Assembly (NCBI GenBank): GCA_001643675.2
Contig: LSRY02000001.1
Span: 868,001-932,000, forward strand
DNA length: 64,000 bases
Direction: 5' to 3'
Source: Monocercomonoides exilis PA203
Lineage: Eukaryota > Protista > Preaxostyla
A program made the translations under genes and the position numbers. The notes under the pieces are model-generated. The model did no database searches. It was not told where the DNA came from and worked only from the letters and a program-made list of their open reading frames with translations. How positions within the stretch are numbered: the stretch's first letter is position 1; each line of letters opens with the position of its first letter. This document shows, piece by piece, positions 51,702-64,000 of the stretch.

Positions 51702-52357
51702 TGCAGTGCTGCAATACATAATTATTAATAATCAATTAAAAATATGTTCTCTTTAACTGAAAAATCTCTGAAGCAAACCAAAGGCAAAATATTATTTATA
51801 ACTATGATCTGAAAACCTTATTTTATCGATCAAATAAATGTTCATTTAAGAAAAGCAGAACAGTACTCAATCAAAAATCGAGTTTTGTAATTGATTCCAC
51901 CTATTTATTGAGTTATTGAGTTGAATGATGAAAGTTTTTCTTTTGAAAAACTTTGATTATTCTTCAAAACATTTTTCACTTTTTTTTTTTTTTTTTCAAT
52001 TATGAAAAATAATAAGCTTTCATGATAGCACTCTCATTAATCATTGATGAATTATTCTTTCCAAAATTTTGTTTTATATGAGTTATTGAAAGTTATATTA
52101 TTGTTATCACCAAAATGAGTAACTTGTGAATGAGAAATAAAGTTTGTTTTGAAAATTTTATAGTTTTCAAGTTTAATAATTCTTTCAGAGTTTAAAAGAA
52201 CATTTAAAAACAAATCCATTTCATTGATATTCTTTTATTGGCTGTAAATAAATTTCAGAAAATTTTTTATCCATCAATCAAAATCTGTATCTCGCCAGTC
52301 GTTCTTTAGAAAAACAGAACCCTTCGAAGTTTAATAAGGAAAATGAAAACATGAAAT

Positions 52358-53740
52358 TCACAAAGAACTAAAGTAGTATGGGATATCTTCAAATAAATAT
52401 GAAATAAGCCTAAAGGAAATGAGAGCGTTACGAAAGCTGAAAAAGGTATCAACCAATCCTTCTTCCTCAATTCTTTCGAATACTTCTCTTTTGACAATCA
52501 TTCGCTTTTCTGCAGCATTTTCATTCTCCACATCCTCATTGAATTTGTTTGAAATCGAAGTAAAGAAACATAAACAGTTCAAAATTGGCATGTCTTCAAA
52601 GGTCAATTGGCTCAAGACCTTTATAACAACATCAACAGCACCCCCTCTCAACAAATCCTCAATTCGGAGACCTTCTTTATCAGCCATGGATGCAAATAGA
52701 TTAATGCATTGCTTGCTCAAGTCGCTGGAAGCATCTTTTGCTGCTCTGAACAGTTGCACAAGAGCTGCTATCAATCCAACACATTCAGCTTCCGAATAAT
52801 CGCAATAAGCAAAATACATCTGAAGCATATTACACCATTTCTTTATGATGATCATTTCTATCATTTCGTCAAATTTTTCTCCTTCTTTTCTCTCATTCGT
52901 ACGTTTAACCAACTCTTCCAATTCTTTTGCAGCTTCTCTCACAAAATGCAATTCACTTAAATAAATTTCAATCAATTCTTTTTTTGTTGGTGCCATTTCT
53001 ACAAAAATCTTGAAAGCGGAAAGAAATGAAGCTAGGGAAAGGTTTCGATGATGTTGATGAATTTTGATGATTTCTGTGATCTTGTACAGATCCAATTCGT
53101 TTTCGGCTTCCTATTCATCAATAAAAAAAGAAAAAATGGAAAAAATGTGTTTTATTGCACTCAAACTGTTAATATGTGCGAATTGCTTAAACCAAGTAAT
53201 GCAATTTCCACATCTTTTTTCATTTCCTCATTTTCTTCTTTCTTCAAAACAACATTCATAATGCAATGCAAACAAGCTTTTAGTGATTCTCTTGATATAT
53301 ATCTTTCAGACAGCAAAATGTGGCTCTCGCAAAGATCGAGCAAAAGTCTTTCATTCTTTTCTTCTTTTTTCTGATCTTCTTTATCAATCATCGACTCAAA
53401 TCTTACACGCAACACAGAATAATCATAATTCATATTTTCATTCCACTTCAGTTTTTTATTGAATCCGAGTTGTTTCAACAGTAGCAATGCATTTTCCACT
53501 GATAATCTCTTTTCTTCAATGTTTTTGTCGACTTCAAAATACACTTTGTCAATCAAGATTGATTCTAATTCCCGATAGTTCATTTTTTCTACTTGTTCAT
53601 TCATTTCACAAATTTTATTTTCTAATGCTTGGCCATTGCATTTTTCAAGTCGTTTTAAATACTCTGTTTAAAAGCAAATTTACAACCATAAAAGCAATAA
53701 CCAAAAAATTAAAAATTCTACCGAAAAATTTCGTTGTCAA
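52358..53740 (-). CDS. Lineage-specific helical (ARM/HEAT-like) multigene-family protein
   Basis: ORFs 53604-53167 and 53110-52358 join through a phase-0 GT-AG intron (53166-53111). Hallmarks SVENALLLLKQLG, KKEENEEMKKDVEIALLGLSN, EIIKIHQHHRNL and KREVFERIEEEG recall an expanded Monocercomonoides family. The 5' exons are uncertain. Confidence 0.7.
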
Positions 53741-54557
53741 CTGTGAAAATAAGTATTTTCAATTTCATTGAAATTAATAACAAATGCAAAAGGTTCGACG
53801 ATGTAATTCAAGGATTAATTTCATTGTATAGAGATTAATAAACCATGTGTTTAAAACCTGTGTTTTCTCCTCATTAAAATGCATTTTTATTCGTTTTCAA
53901 AATATTCAACTGTTTATAATTTAAAATGGGACGGTTATAAAAAAGATAATAAAAAATTCCTTCATCTTTTATTGATAATTTCTTGATAAATCCAAACAAT
54001 TCAAAAATTGTATTCATGAAGTGTTGACGAAAAATTATTCGCAATATCTTTATTATCATCAATAAGCATCAGTGCAATTAATTATTCGAATTTAATGAGT
54101 AATTTTCTTCAGAAATTATTGTTCAATTATTTTTTAATAAAATATATATTTGCGTCAAATTGGTAATTGGTTGATTGGTGAAAAGTGAAGAAAATACTGT
54201 ATTCAGTCAATATTTGTGAAAATGAAGTAAATTTGAACCTCCAAATTTATTTTTTGTCAATAAACATAAAATTTTTTGATTTTTCGAAATAAATCTTCAT
54301 CCTTGAAATAGGATAATTTTCAAGTGAATTCATCTCTTATTGTGAGATTATACATTTTTCAATCAAAAAAAATTATTCGCATTGAAAATAATTCTGATGA
54401 ACAGTCTTAAACAATAAAAGAATTCTGAAAGTGTGTTTATTGATTAATTCTTATGTGAAAAATATTTGAATTCAGCTTCTTGAAATGAGACAAATGTCTA
54501 AATTTTTTTGATAACTTCCTTTTGTAAAAATTTCCAAAAAAAATAATATTTTCATAT

Positions 54558-55000
54558 GGGTGATTTTTTTTGATAACTTTCTTTTGTTTAATTTTCAAAT
54601 AAAATAAATATATCATATGGGTGATTTTTTTTGATATCATAAAAGATTCCGACGTTTGATCATAAAATTTTTTCCTAAAGGGTCAGGTTGATAAGAAATA
54701 TTTTTTTAAAATAGTACGAAAATATTGTTTCATATATTTTTGTTATTAATTATTTGTTGATACAAATTTGTTTTCAGTTGTTTTTGTAACTTATTTTGAA
54801 AAAAGTGAAAAAAATTATTCGAAAATATCGAAACTGAAAAAAACAGAACAAAAAAATGTTCTCTTGTATTATAAACATGAAAACAATAAAAACAATATGC
54901 TATTAATTAATTTTCAGTACAAAAATAGTTTAATGATGTTGTTGCAAAGAAATTTAGAAATTGAAATTGAAGATCAAAAAACTTTTGTTGAAAACAAATA
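54558..55000. mobile_element. Truncated module C end (54558-54614) followed by module A (54619-55000)
   Basis: Two ATAT|GGGTGATTTTTTTTGATA starts 61 bp apart. The first continues like the reverse complement of 230-276; the second like the reverse complement of 26365-26749. Confidence 0.75.
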
Positions 55001-56419
55001 AATTTCAACAGTTTCAGCACCCTGTTCCCTTCCTCATGTTCAAAATTCATTTTTCTTCCACGAACACATTGATTTCTCGCTATTCTGCAAAAAAAATTTT
55101 TTTTTCCCTTTCTTTTCAAATCTAATCAGATTCGTAAGAAAATGTCAACTCAAATTTCCTTCCCAATCGCTTCATCATGCACACTTTTCATATGAATTCG
55201 CTCTCCCAACTCGATGGTCACCATGCACAACGAGATATAAAGCTTTCATTCATTTTCATTCATTTCCATTTCGCGCCCTGAAAACAACACAAAATCATCA
55301 ACAGGCAAATATTCATATTCAAATATATAAATAAAGACCAAACTGCCTTTCGATTGTATTTTGCCAAGCACACTCATTTCCACAGCTATCTTCATTCAAA
55401 ATAAATCAATCTCTTCATTTCAGTCTCAGAATGGTTGAATACAGCATGGAATGCATCTCCACAAAATACATTGTATATCTCACTGGAAGATCTTCTCAGC
55501 CCGTACACATTGTGGTGGATGTCCAGAGGGGTTTTTTCTGTTTCTGTCATGATCATCTCCTTTAATATTATTCTCAACCACCCAAATCAATATTTGATGT
55601 CTATCTCATCAACACATAGCACATGAAGGATATGGAGCAGAGAAGAGATGGAAGAGGATTATTTGTAACAGGGGGTGGGAGTTGAGTGGTTTTTTGAATG
55701 TTAATATTTCGAGAGGGGTTTTTGATTGATTGAAATTCTGAGACAAAGGGGTGGGGAAGAGTGGGTGGAGATTTGGAGAAGATAATATAGTAAATATATA
55801 GAGAAGTGGTTGGAGATGGTGAGGAAAATATTTGAGACTAATTGGAGAAATGGATTTTGAAAAAAGGAAAAGAGGGCAAAAGCGGGAAGGAAGAGGAAAA
55901 TTGAGAAATGTTGAAAGGCTTGAAAGAAGTGTATTTTTAATGAGAGAAGAAAGGAAGTGAGAAGATATTTTGGAAGAGACTGTGAAAGGTGAAGAAAATG
56001 AATGGATTGATATTTTCTGAGAATATTGAGGGATGAACGGAAGAGGGGAATGGAAAGGAATGAAAATTGAGAGTTATATTCATTTTCGATTTTTGAGGGG
56101 AAAGGAGGGGGAAATGCGAAAAGAAAATCAAATGACTCTGAGAAAATCTATCTTCATTGACTATTAACGGAACATCGACCAAAAATTTCGCTACAAGGAA
56201 GATTTGCTCCTTCTTAATTGAGCACAAAGTGATAATATTTTTGCCTATCAACAACATTTATATTACACATTACTTTATGAGTTTCATTTCGCAGCAATCG
56301 ATTTATCAACGCAAGATATATTCACCAACTTCAATCACTTCTTCTTTGATATTTCTTCTCACTTCATGCTGCATCACATTCAACTTTCAAATTCATATAT
56401 TCTGTTAAATCAGCAACTT

Positions 56420-58700
56420 GATTGCACACACAAATCGTTATTTCATTCAGTTTGCTTTTTTAACAGCAACATTATCTCTTCAAATGCCTTCTGTTGGATT
56501 TCTGGACGTGTATCAGAAATGTTTTCCTCTTCCGCAGAAACGCATTCCGCTCTGCTTTAGCACTCCGAACAGATTCCGTGTGATGACTGTGCTGAATGTG
56601 TGAATGGGTTTGAGAAGGGGATATGATCTATTTAGCGCATTACAATTATCTTCTCGGTTTATAACACTTCCAAGGAGCGAAGAGAGAGGATTGCATGCTC
56701 AAATGGAAGAGGAAAAGAAGGTGGATTTCAGAAACAAATTATGTGCGGATCAAATGAAACGGAGACAGCAGGAAGAGCCAAAGGCGAAGACGAAGACGAA
56801 GGGGAATGATGAGTTTTGCGCATAGTTAATTGTAGCTTTCGGTATAAGATTTGTTCAGTCTACAAAAGAAAAAGGGCGAAGGGGAAGAGAAATAAGCATC
56901 ATCAATGATTTTGCTTATTCTATTGCGCGCTCTCATCTGCTAAGCTGCATTCTCAAAGCAGCGCAGCCTCCTCAATATTTGCCACTCCTCATTTTTCCCT
57001 TTGCTTCATGCCCAATTATCTTCCACTTCTGTTCTGACTGGCACTTCCCCGAAGCCCATCACTTCTACGTCTTCCGCCACCGAATCCTTTTTCCTTACCC
57101 AGTTATCCATAGACATAATTAGCCCAAGCTCTATCTCTTTATTGAACATATCTTCTTCCCCTTCTCCTTCTTCTCCTCCTTCTCTTCCTTCTACCATTTC
57201 TTCCTTCTCGCTGGGTATCCCTCGAACGATTCTTGTGAAGTACAGCTGATCAATGCAAGTGTATTTACAAGCAGCAACATGAAAGCTACGGGGGATATAT
57301 TTGAGCCACAAAGCATCCTTCTGAACCACGCAACATGTACAGCAAGCGAGGGAATTCTGGTAGATATTGAGAAGGAAGAGAAAAAGGAAAAGAAGGATTT
57401 GGCAGATGCATTAAAAAGGCACAGAAAAAAGGTTACTCATAAAAGAAGAATATAGAAGCTGAAATGATGAAAAAGCATGTGAAGAGTCTCACCACACATC
57501 GCTTTGATTTTCTGCATGAAATCAAAAACCAATGATGGATTCAGCAGCATATTGTCGAACGTGATCACTTTCTCAACGTTTGCATCTGCATACAAATCAT
57601 CTTTATTCACTTCTTCTTCATTTCTCATTTCATCGCCATCATCACCATCACCTTCTTCTTCTTCTTCCTTTTCTCCTTCCCCAACCAACCTCCTATCCAT
57701 CACGCACAGCTTAGGGCGTTCGTTCAAAGTTAAGCAGCAGAATGTGATTAATCTATGTGTCAGTGTCCTTTGTATCGCTTTTCTGTCGATAGACGTTCAA
57801 CATTTGCTGGGCTGTGCGTTTCCTGTTGTGCAGTTAATGGTCTGCGGCTTCGACAACATCCACCAGCTGAGGTGACTAAACGCAATAACCCACATGGCGA
57901 ACCAGAATTGTATGGAAAATATGAATTTTTCAGAAAAATAAAATATATTTCATTAATTGTTTCATTTATTTTTGTGAATCTGTATTTTGCTTTTCAAATA
58001 TTTATCTTTATTTAAATTTTTTGTTCACCCTCAAATGATGAATAGTTATGATGGTGGAATAATATCTATGATTTTTCAATTGTCTTGCAAAGCAATAAAG
58101 ATTATTTCCTGAATGATGCTGTTGCAAAGCAATTGATCGGATTCATGAGGTTTGTCAGAAAATATTTATTGAGATTTTGTTCACAAGTTTTTCTTTCTTT
58201 CTTCTTTTTGATCAAATTCTTTTTCTTCTTCATTATTGCACCCACTTTTTCGCTCGTTCGTTTCATTATTCACAAATACACAAATATATTCACATTCAGT
58301 TTACGATGGTACCCTCTTGTCTCTTCTTCTCTTCGTGTGACCAACAAGTTCATCACCAACGTTGTCGAGTTCCACTTTGCATTTCTGCGCCACCGGATTC
58401 TCCAGCTCATCCACTGCCTGAAGAACGCATGCAGCTTCTCCACATCAGCAGAGGGCAGCGCAAAACAGCCACATCACAACATATTCCAGCGAGCACAGCA
58501 GAGCAGCCATATCTGAGTCACTGAGTGCGCTCCTCAATAACAAGAATGATTTTCTTCTATCAGAATTGTATTTGAAAGAGAGAGAAATCAATTCCTCAAC
58601 CATTTGCTCCTTCCCCTTCATTCCCTTCCTCTTCTTCTTCTTCCAAGCCGCAACATATTCCACAATCTCAACTCTTGTTCATATACAGCGCTCACAGAAC
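56420..58700 (-). pseudogene. Degenerate intron-containing gene of unknown function
   Basis: Protein-like minus-strand ORFs 58445-58663, 57437-57727 and 57006-57329, interrupted by stops and AT-rich introns. Confidence 0.3.
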
Positions 58701-59599
58701 AGAAAATTGAACAGAACTTGTCAAAAAAAAGGAGGAGTCGATGAAGCGCTGCCAAACGAATCTGAGAACGAACATGGGTGAGAGCAGCAGAAAGGGAAGG
58801 GAAAAGATAAAGTGTTCAGAACGTGTCAAACTCCATAAGGGAGGGAAGAACAGGGCATGCAATTGTTTAATTGCTTCTGATGCCGAGAGCCGAAGAAAGA
58901 GAAAGAGAAGATAGAAGGTTTGGAAGAAGAGCGGAAGGCCATCAATTTTGATCATCAAAGCGAGTAGCTTGTTTAGTGAAAGATATCGTTGCCATAGGGA
59001 GAGATGATAGCGATGATGGAGAGAGAGTGAAATGAGGAGGAAGCAAAAACGAAAGAAAAGAATGATCAAGAGAAAGAGGAAGATGATGAAAGAGGGAAAG
59101 AAATTACATGAACAAAAAACAAATGAGGGTAGAGGGGAATTCTATGATAATTTCGACACATGAGCTGCTAGAGCAAGAATTTTGGAAAAGTTCTCTGCAA
59201 ACTAAAGGAGTATTTTTAAATATGGAATGGAAATAAAGGAAACGATATTTTGTATTGAGAAATGAGCTTTAACTGAATTTGCATAAAGAATAAAAAGAGA
59301 AGTTTCGAGATTGAGTCAATTATTTTTATAAACTGCAGTTTCCTGAATAACACAATCTTCGTTTGCTGAATCTGTTGAGCTGATCAGCAAATTCGGAAAT
59401 TATTTGATGAGGTTGAAATAAGATTAATGGAAAGCACATTGCTTTTTCAACGGATAAATAAAAATTCACATATTTATTGCACTTTTTAAAGTTCTTTAAA
59501 AATTTTTCCCCCCTTTTATTAACTTTGTTTTACAGGTTAAGAATTGTTTATTTCTTTTTGATGTGTTTTGTTGGTAAAACTTTATTTGTTTTTGGATCA

Positions 59600-60300
59600 T
59601 TTTTATTTAACTTGATCAAAGAATTCTCTTTCATAAAAAAAAAACGTATGTCTTTTTTGGAGGAAAAAGTCAAACAAATATATATTACAGAAATAAAAGC
59701 TAACTTCCTGATTAAAAATTATTCAAACTCTTTGATCAATTAATACCACTATAGATTTTATTTTTTCGATTTTTGATCTTTTTTTATGATTTCTAAAAAA
59801 ATCACCCATATGGGTGATTATTTTTGAAATCATAACTGTTTTCGTGGTGATAATTTTTCAGTTATTGTTTGTCTCTATGAAGAAATTTTCCATTCAAATT
59901 AATATTTTTTCATTATTGTTTAAAAATCAGCTTCTTAGGATCAAATAAAGATAAAGGTGTCTTGAATAAGCCGTTTCAATTATCAGTGTTTTTTAATTGA
60001 TATTCAAAAGAAATTTTCGAGTCGAAAATTTTGATAGAAAAAATATGTTATCAAAAACAATCACACATATGGGATAAAATTTTTGCAACTATGAAAAAAA
60101 CTGAGATTTGTTCCAAACTTTTTCGACAATCTTTTCATAAAAAATCAACCGAAACAACACAAATAATTCCTGAAAAATTCAAAAATTGAGAGAAATATTT
60201 GTTTGAGTTGAATAAAACAAAATTCATAAAGCAAACAATATTATCCCATATGTGTGATTTTTAATGAGATCATAAAATCGTTGTATCGTTGATCTTTCAT
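59600..60300. mobile_element. Tandem array of at least four MITE-like modules joined by single shared ATAT
   Basis: Module B ...ATCACCC|ATAT(59808)|GGGTGAT module D ...ATCACAC|ATAT(60067)|GGGATAA module E ...TTATCCC|ATAT(60248)|GTGTGAT... Confidence 0.85.
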
Positions 60301-61789
60301 GAGTAATTTTTTTGTTGTTTTATAATTTTCATCTAAAAAAATATTTGTTAATCTGAAGAGGGATCCTTTTTGAATTAAATAACATGCAATCGATCGAATG
60401 TTTTTCAATAAAAGATTTATTGGAAAAAATGTTATGGCTAATTTGATTGTTCAGTTATCTTTTTTCCATGAAAGTTTATAGACCGGATAAGAAAAGGGAT
60501 AATGAACATTCTATGTGGGATAAAAGATATTATTTTCCTCAGAAACAAGGTCAGTGACGATTGGGAATTGATGATGGAATTTGACAAAGATGATTTTTGT
60601 GAAAAGCATCTTTGAAGGAAATTCATTTTCCAAAATAACAAATGAAAAAATTAATGGATGCATTTTTCTTTAGTTCTCATTTTTAACGAGGATGTTTCCA
60701 TCTGTGGATTTCTCAGAGCTCAAGAATCTGATAAATTATATAAATTGCCATTTGTTTGTTTTTCTGAGGAGAACATCAGAAGAGGCTGGATGACGAGAGA
60801 CAACCATCAGACGTGAATTGCATATTTTTTTGTATTCAATTGGTACAGGGGAAGAAAATGAATAAAATTGAAAAGCATTTGCATGAAAGCGAAAAGGAAT
60901 GAAAACAATTGGGCAGCATTTGGAAAGAAAATAATTCGAGATATTTTTTTACTGAAAAAAATTGTAGACAACATCTTAAGCAGGACATTAATGTTTGAAT
61001 AAAGGATTATGGAAAATTGAGCCTGAGAAATAATGGAAAAGGAGATTGACAGCTACTGTGATAAAGCAATCTTCTGCTTTTGCGATAGGGAGGGTGTATG
61101 TGTTCTTTTGAGGAATTTTTATAATAAATGCTTTTCTTATTTTTATTCTAAATTTTGTATCTTTTTTCTCATTCCAAATAACAGTTTTTATTTCTTCGAG
61201 TGTCATTCGCAGGGACTATCCATTTCAAGCAACATTTTACGAATTATGTGGTTTCTTCTCAGTCTTCTCCTTCTTCTCATTCTTCGCTATCTTGGCAATA
61301 GTCTGCTTCACATGCATTGAATGTCGAGAATTAGCCTCATTTTGAACATCAAAGCAGCGGTGCTTCTGTTCCAACGCAACAAGAAGAAAACAGACAAATT
61401 CCTCTATTATCATCTTCTTCCTCATCTTCCTCATCTTGTTCTTCTTCTTCTCTCAAAAATGCATATTGTTCTATTATGCATATAAAAAAATCCACATGTT
61501 TTCAAGATTAGTGAAATGTTTGTTCATTTCAAGAAATTCTTTAAAAGAAAACGTGGGCAATAAGTTAAAGATGATTTAAATGAAACAAGAAGAAAAAGAA
61601 AAAGGTTTCGAAGAAGAAGACAACGCGGATGATGATTTGGGCTGCGAAATCGAAGGATCGATCACACACAATGCACACTCAAAGGATAGCAGCATGTTGT
61701 TGATCGTTAGCTCTTTCTCGCTCGGGACCTGCTTGTGCTGTGCTGAAGAAGAAACAGCAGCAGAAGATAAAGGCAAGTCATCGCCTCCT

Positions 61790-62739
61790 TCGTCCTCCCT
61801 CTGCCACGCAATCTCATCGTGGAAATGCACCACACCTTTCCCGTATCAGAGCAGCATCCCAAAGCAGTTCGCCACTTCCACCTCATTCCTCCTCAGCTAC
61901 AGCCCCACAAACTCCACCAGCAGCCGCACAATCCAGAACAGCGCCCACCGCCTTCTTTCTTCTCCACCGCCGACTATACAGCCTCCACACGCAGCTTCAG
62001 CCCTGCACCTCCCGACACTTCCGATAGCACCCGCACGCAGTCGTACAGCTCCGGCTTCAGCAGCTCCAAGTGCAGGCTCACAGTCTTCGCAGCTGCTCAA
62101 TTCTCAGACGCTGTCAGAGGCGCCTGCCGGTCGGACAAATCGCACACCTTCAGCAGCCACGGGAATCGCGCGAAGATGTTGTTGGGCTGGCAGGACATCA
62201 GTGCCTATGCGAGAGATGGTTCGCCACAACACGATAGCCGGTACGCATCCTGGAAGATCCTCAGCGACAGTGCCTTTGGAGTCTGCGGATAGCACACACA
62301 GAAGAGATTCCAGTTCTCCAAACACAATTCCTCTGAAAGCTACCTCTGATGGTAAAAATGAAGAAGTCCATGCATTTCCAGAACATTTGACATCATACAG
62401 TACCTTCATCTCCTCCTTCAGCTTCGCTGCCTCTGCGCGGCAGTTGTTTGGCAGAAACCGCCGAAACACAGATGCATCTGCCTCTCCCTTCTCCGACTTC
62501 ATCCTCTCAAATTCACAAAAAAATATCTTGATCTTCTTCTCAGAAGCCCTTTCAAACAACGTGTTGGAGCACTTCCGGAACATTCGGAACGATTCTATCA
62601 GGAAGTTTTCGCTCTCTTCCGTCGGCTGCTGATGCAGAACACCCTTCAAGCAGTAGTGTGTCACAATGCATGAAGAACAACAGTTCATCTTTAGTGAACA
62701 ATTCATGAACAAACTTTCCAAACATCTGTTCCTCTGCAA
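61790..62739 (-). pseudogene. Degenerate gene-family fragment homologous to 36560-37420
   Basis: Colinear nucleotide similarity and shared peptides (MKSEKGEADASVFRRFLPNNCRAEAAKLKEEMKVLY). Stops are present. Confidence 0.65.
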
Positions 62740-63539
62740 AATCCTTCAGGATCAGCTAAACCCAGTGAATCATCGCCTTCTTCACAGCTTCACTCTTCTT
62801 CTGATTCTCAATCACCTCCTTGAACAGCGCCTTCTGCTTTCTTGTTATCTGTGCGTGCACTTTCAGCAGCTTTATCAGAATCTTCGTTTCCTTCTTTATC
62901 TGGTTCGTCTTCTGCTTCTCAGTTGTATCCACTCATCCTCCATGACCATCGCAAACGTTTTCTGCTCCACCCCTGCTTGCTTCTCCCACAACACTCACTC
63001 CGCTTCCCACTTTCATATCAACCCACTTCCAGCTCGGGTTTGTGTCGAACATCACAGCGCTGCAATCTCCTATTATCACTGAAAACTTCTCCTGGAATTT
63101 TTCAAACAGATGCGACTGAAGAATCAACGAAATTAAAAACAGAACAGTCACTTCTTGCACAGAGAAACCAACGAAGAAGATATGAAAAACTTAACCCCCA
63201 ATCCACAAGTTTCCACTTGCCATCCACACTCACAACCTCGCCCTGTTGCATCATGCGTTTCTTTTCATTAAAAAACCCCACAACACTCAGTTCAACCTTC
63301 TCATTGTCGTAACAGGCTGACATGCATCTCCTTCACCTCTTCATTGCACTTCTCGCTCAGCTGAAGAATCTTCCAATCACTCATCTGGATGAGATTGCCA
63401 TTCTCCTGTTCTCCTCCATTAGCCATTTGTCAGCTTCAATAGCCGCTTGTCATTTCAAATATATTTCGTCTACATGTTGAACTCCGTAATCTTCTTATCC
63501 GTCTCCTGTTTCACCACTTAATGGTTTTTTTTAACTTTT

Positions 63540-64000
63540 CTTCTTCTCCTCCTCCTCACTCTTATCCTTCTTCTTCCACTTCTTCTGCTTCTTCTGCTCC
63601 TTCTCTCTCCTCCATTACAACCAGCACAATCGCTTCCATCACATGAACGACATCCTCCGTCTTCAACATTTCCGCCTCCACCACCATCTCCCCAACTTTT
63701 CCAGCACTTTTCACACTGCAAACACTCTCCACATCACTTCCTCTTACACCTTATTCATCACCACAACTCTCCTCGACAGCTGTGATCGCGACATCAGCCA
63801 CGCTGTCGCAGACAAAAGCAGCGACGGGCTCAACAGATTTGAAGATCGATGGGAACACATTCACACTTGCACAACAAAGACATTCTTGCTTCCCGACTTC
63901 ATCAACAGACATTCATCAATTGACGGAAGCGGAGCAACCAGCGTAATAGAAAGCATCACAGAAAGCACCATATCAGAAGTGCACACAATGCCCCCAAACA
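63540..64000. repeat. Inverted homolog of 21170-21600, running off the window end
   Basis: Colinear blocks as listed for 21170-21600. Confidence 0.7.

Noticed and set aside
55000-56000. Possible retroelement or other coding remnant on the minus strand
   Set aside because: No RT, RNase H or endonuclease motif could be identified, and the frames are too degraded.
59785-60275. CRISPR array or true integron
   Set aside because: The spacers are 180-260 bp, the repeats are degenerate paired TIRs, no cas or integrase gene is present, and the context is eukaryotic.

Overview
Eukaryotic, intron-containing genomic DNA with AT-rich intergenic stretches, GAA/TCT microsatellite-rich coding sequence and the standard genetic code. 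Gene-family content and intron style resemble the oxymonad Monocercomonoides; this assignment is my inference. Most of the window is decayed multigene-family fragments and DNA transposons. Three apparently intact spliced genes lie on the minus strand at 42-53.7 kb: a multi-RRM + PAM2 protein, a large low-complexity protein and a lineage-specific helical-repeat protein. Mobile DNA comprises a Sola-like DDD transposase pseudogene (0.37-3.0 kb), a hAT transposase pseudogene (16.9-19.4 kb), a complete pogo/Fot-type DD35D element with TIRs and TA TSD (39082-41083), and a 4.5-kb non-autonomous hAT (27645-32169). That hAT has perfect 15-bp TIRs and an 8-bp TSD and carries host-like gene fragments (Pack-hAT candidate). 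There is also a 1-kb near-perfect palindrome (25050-26051). The most striking pattern is a family of different 180-400 bp modules that share a GGGTGAT...ATCACCC terminus, almost always abut ATAT, and chain into cassette-like arrays through shared ATAT junctions (best seen at 59.6-60.3 kb). No rRNA, tRNA or CRISPR was seen. All identities and alignments are by eye.
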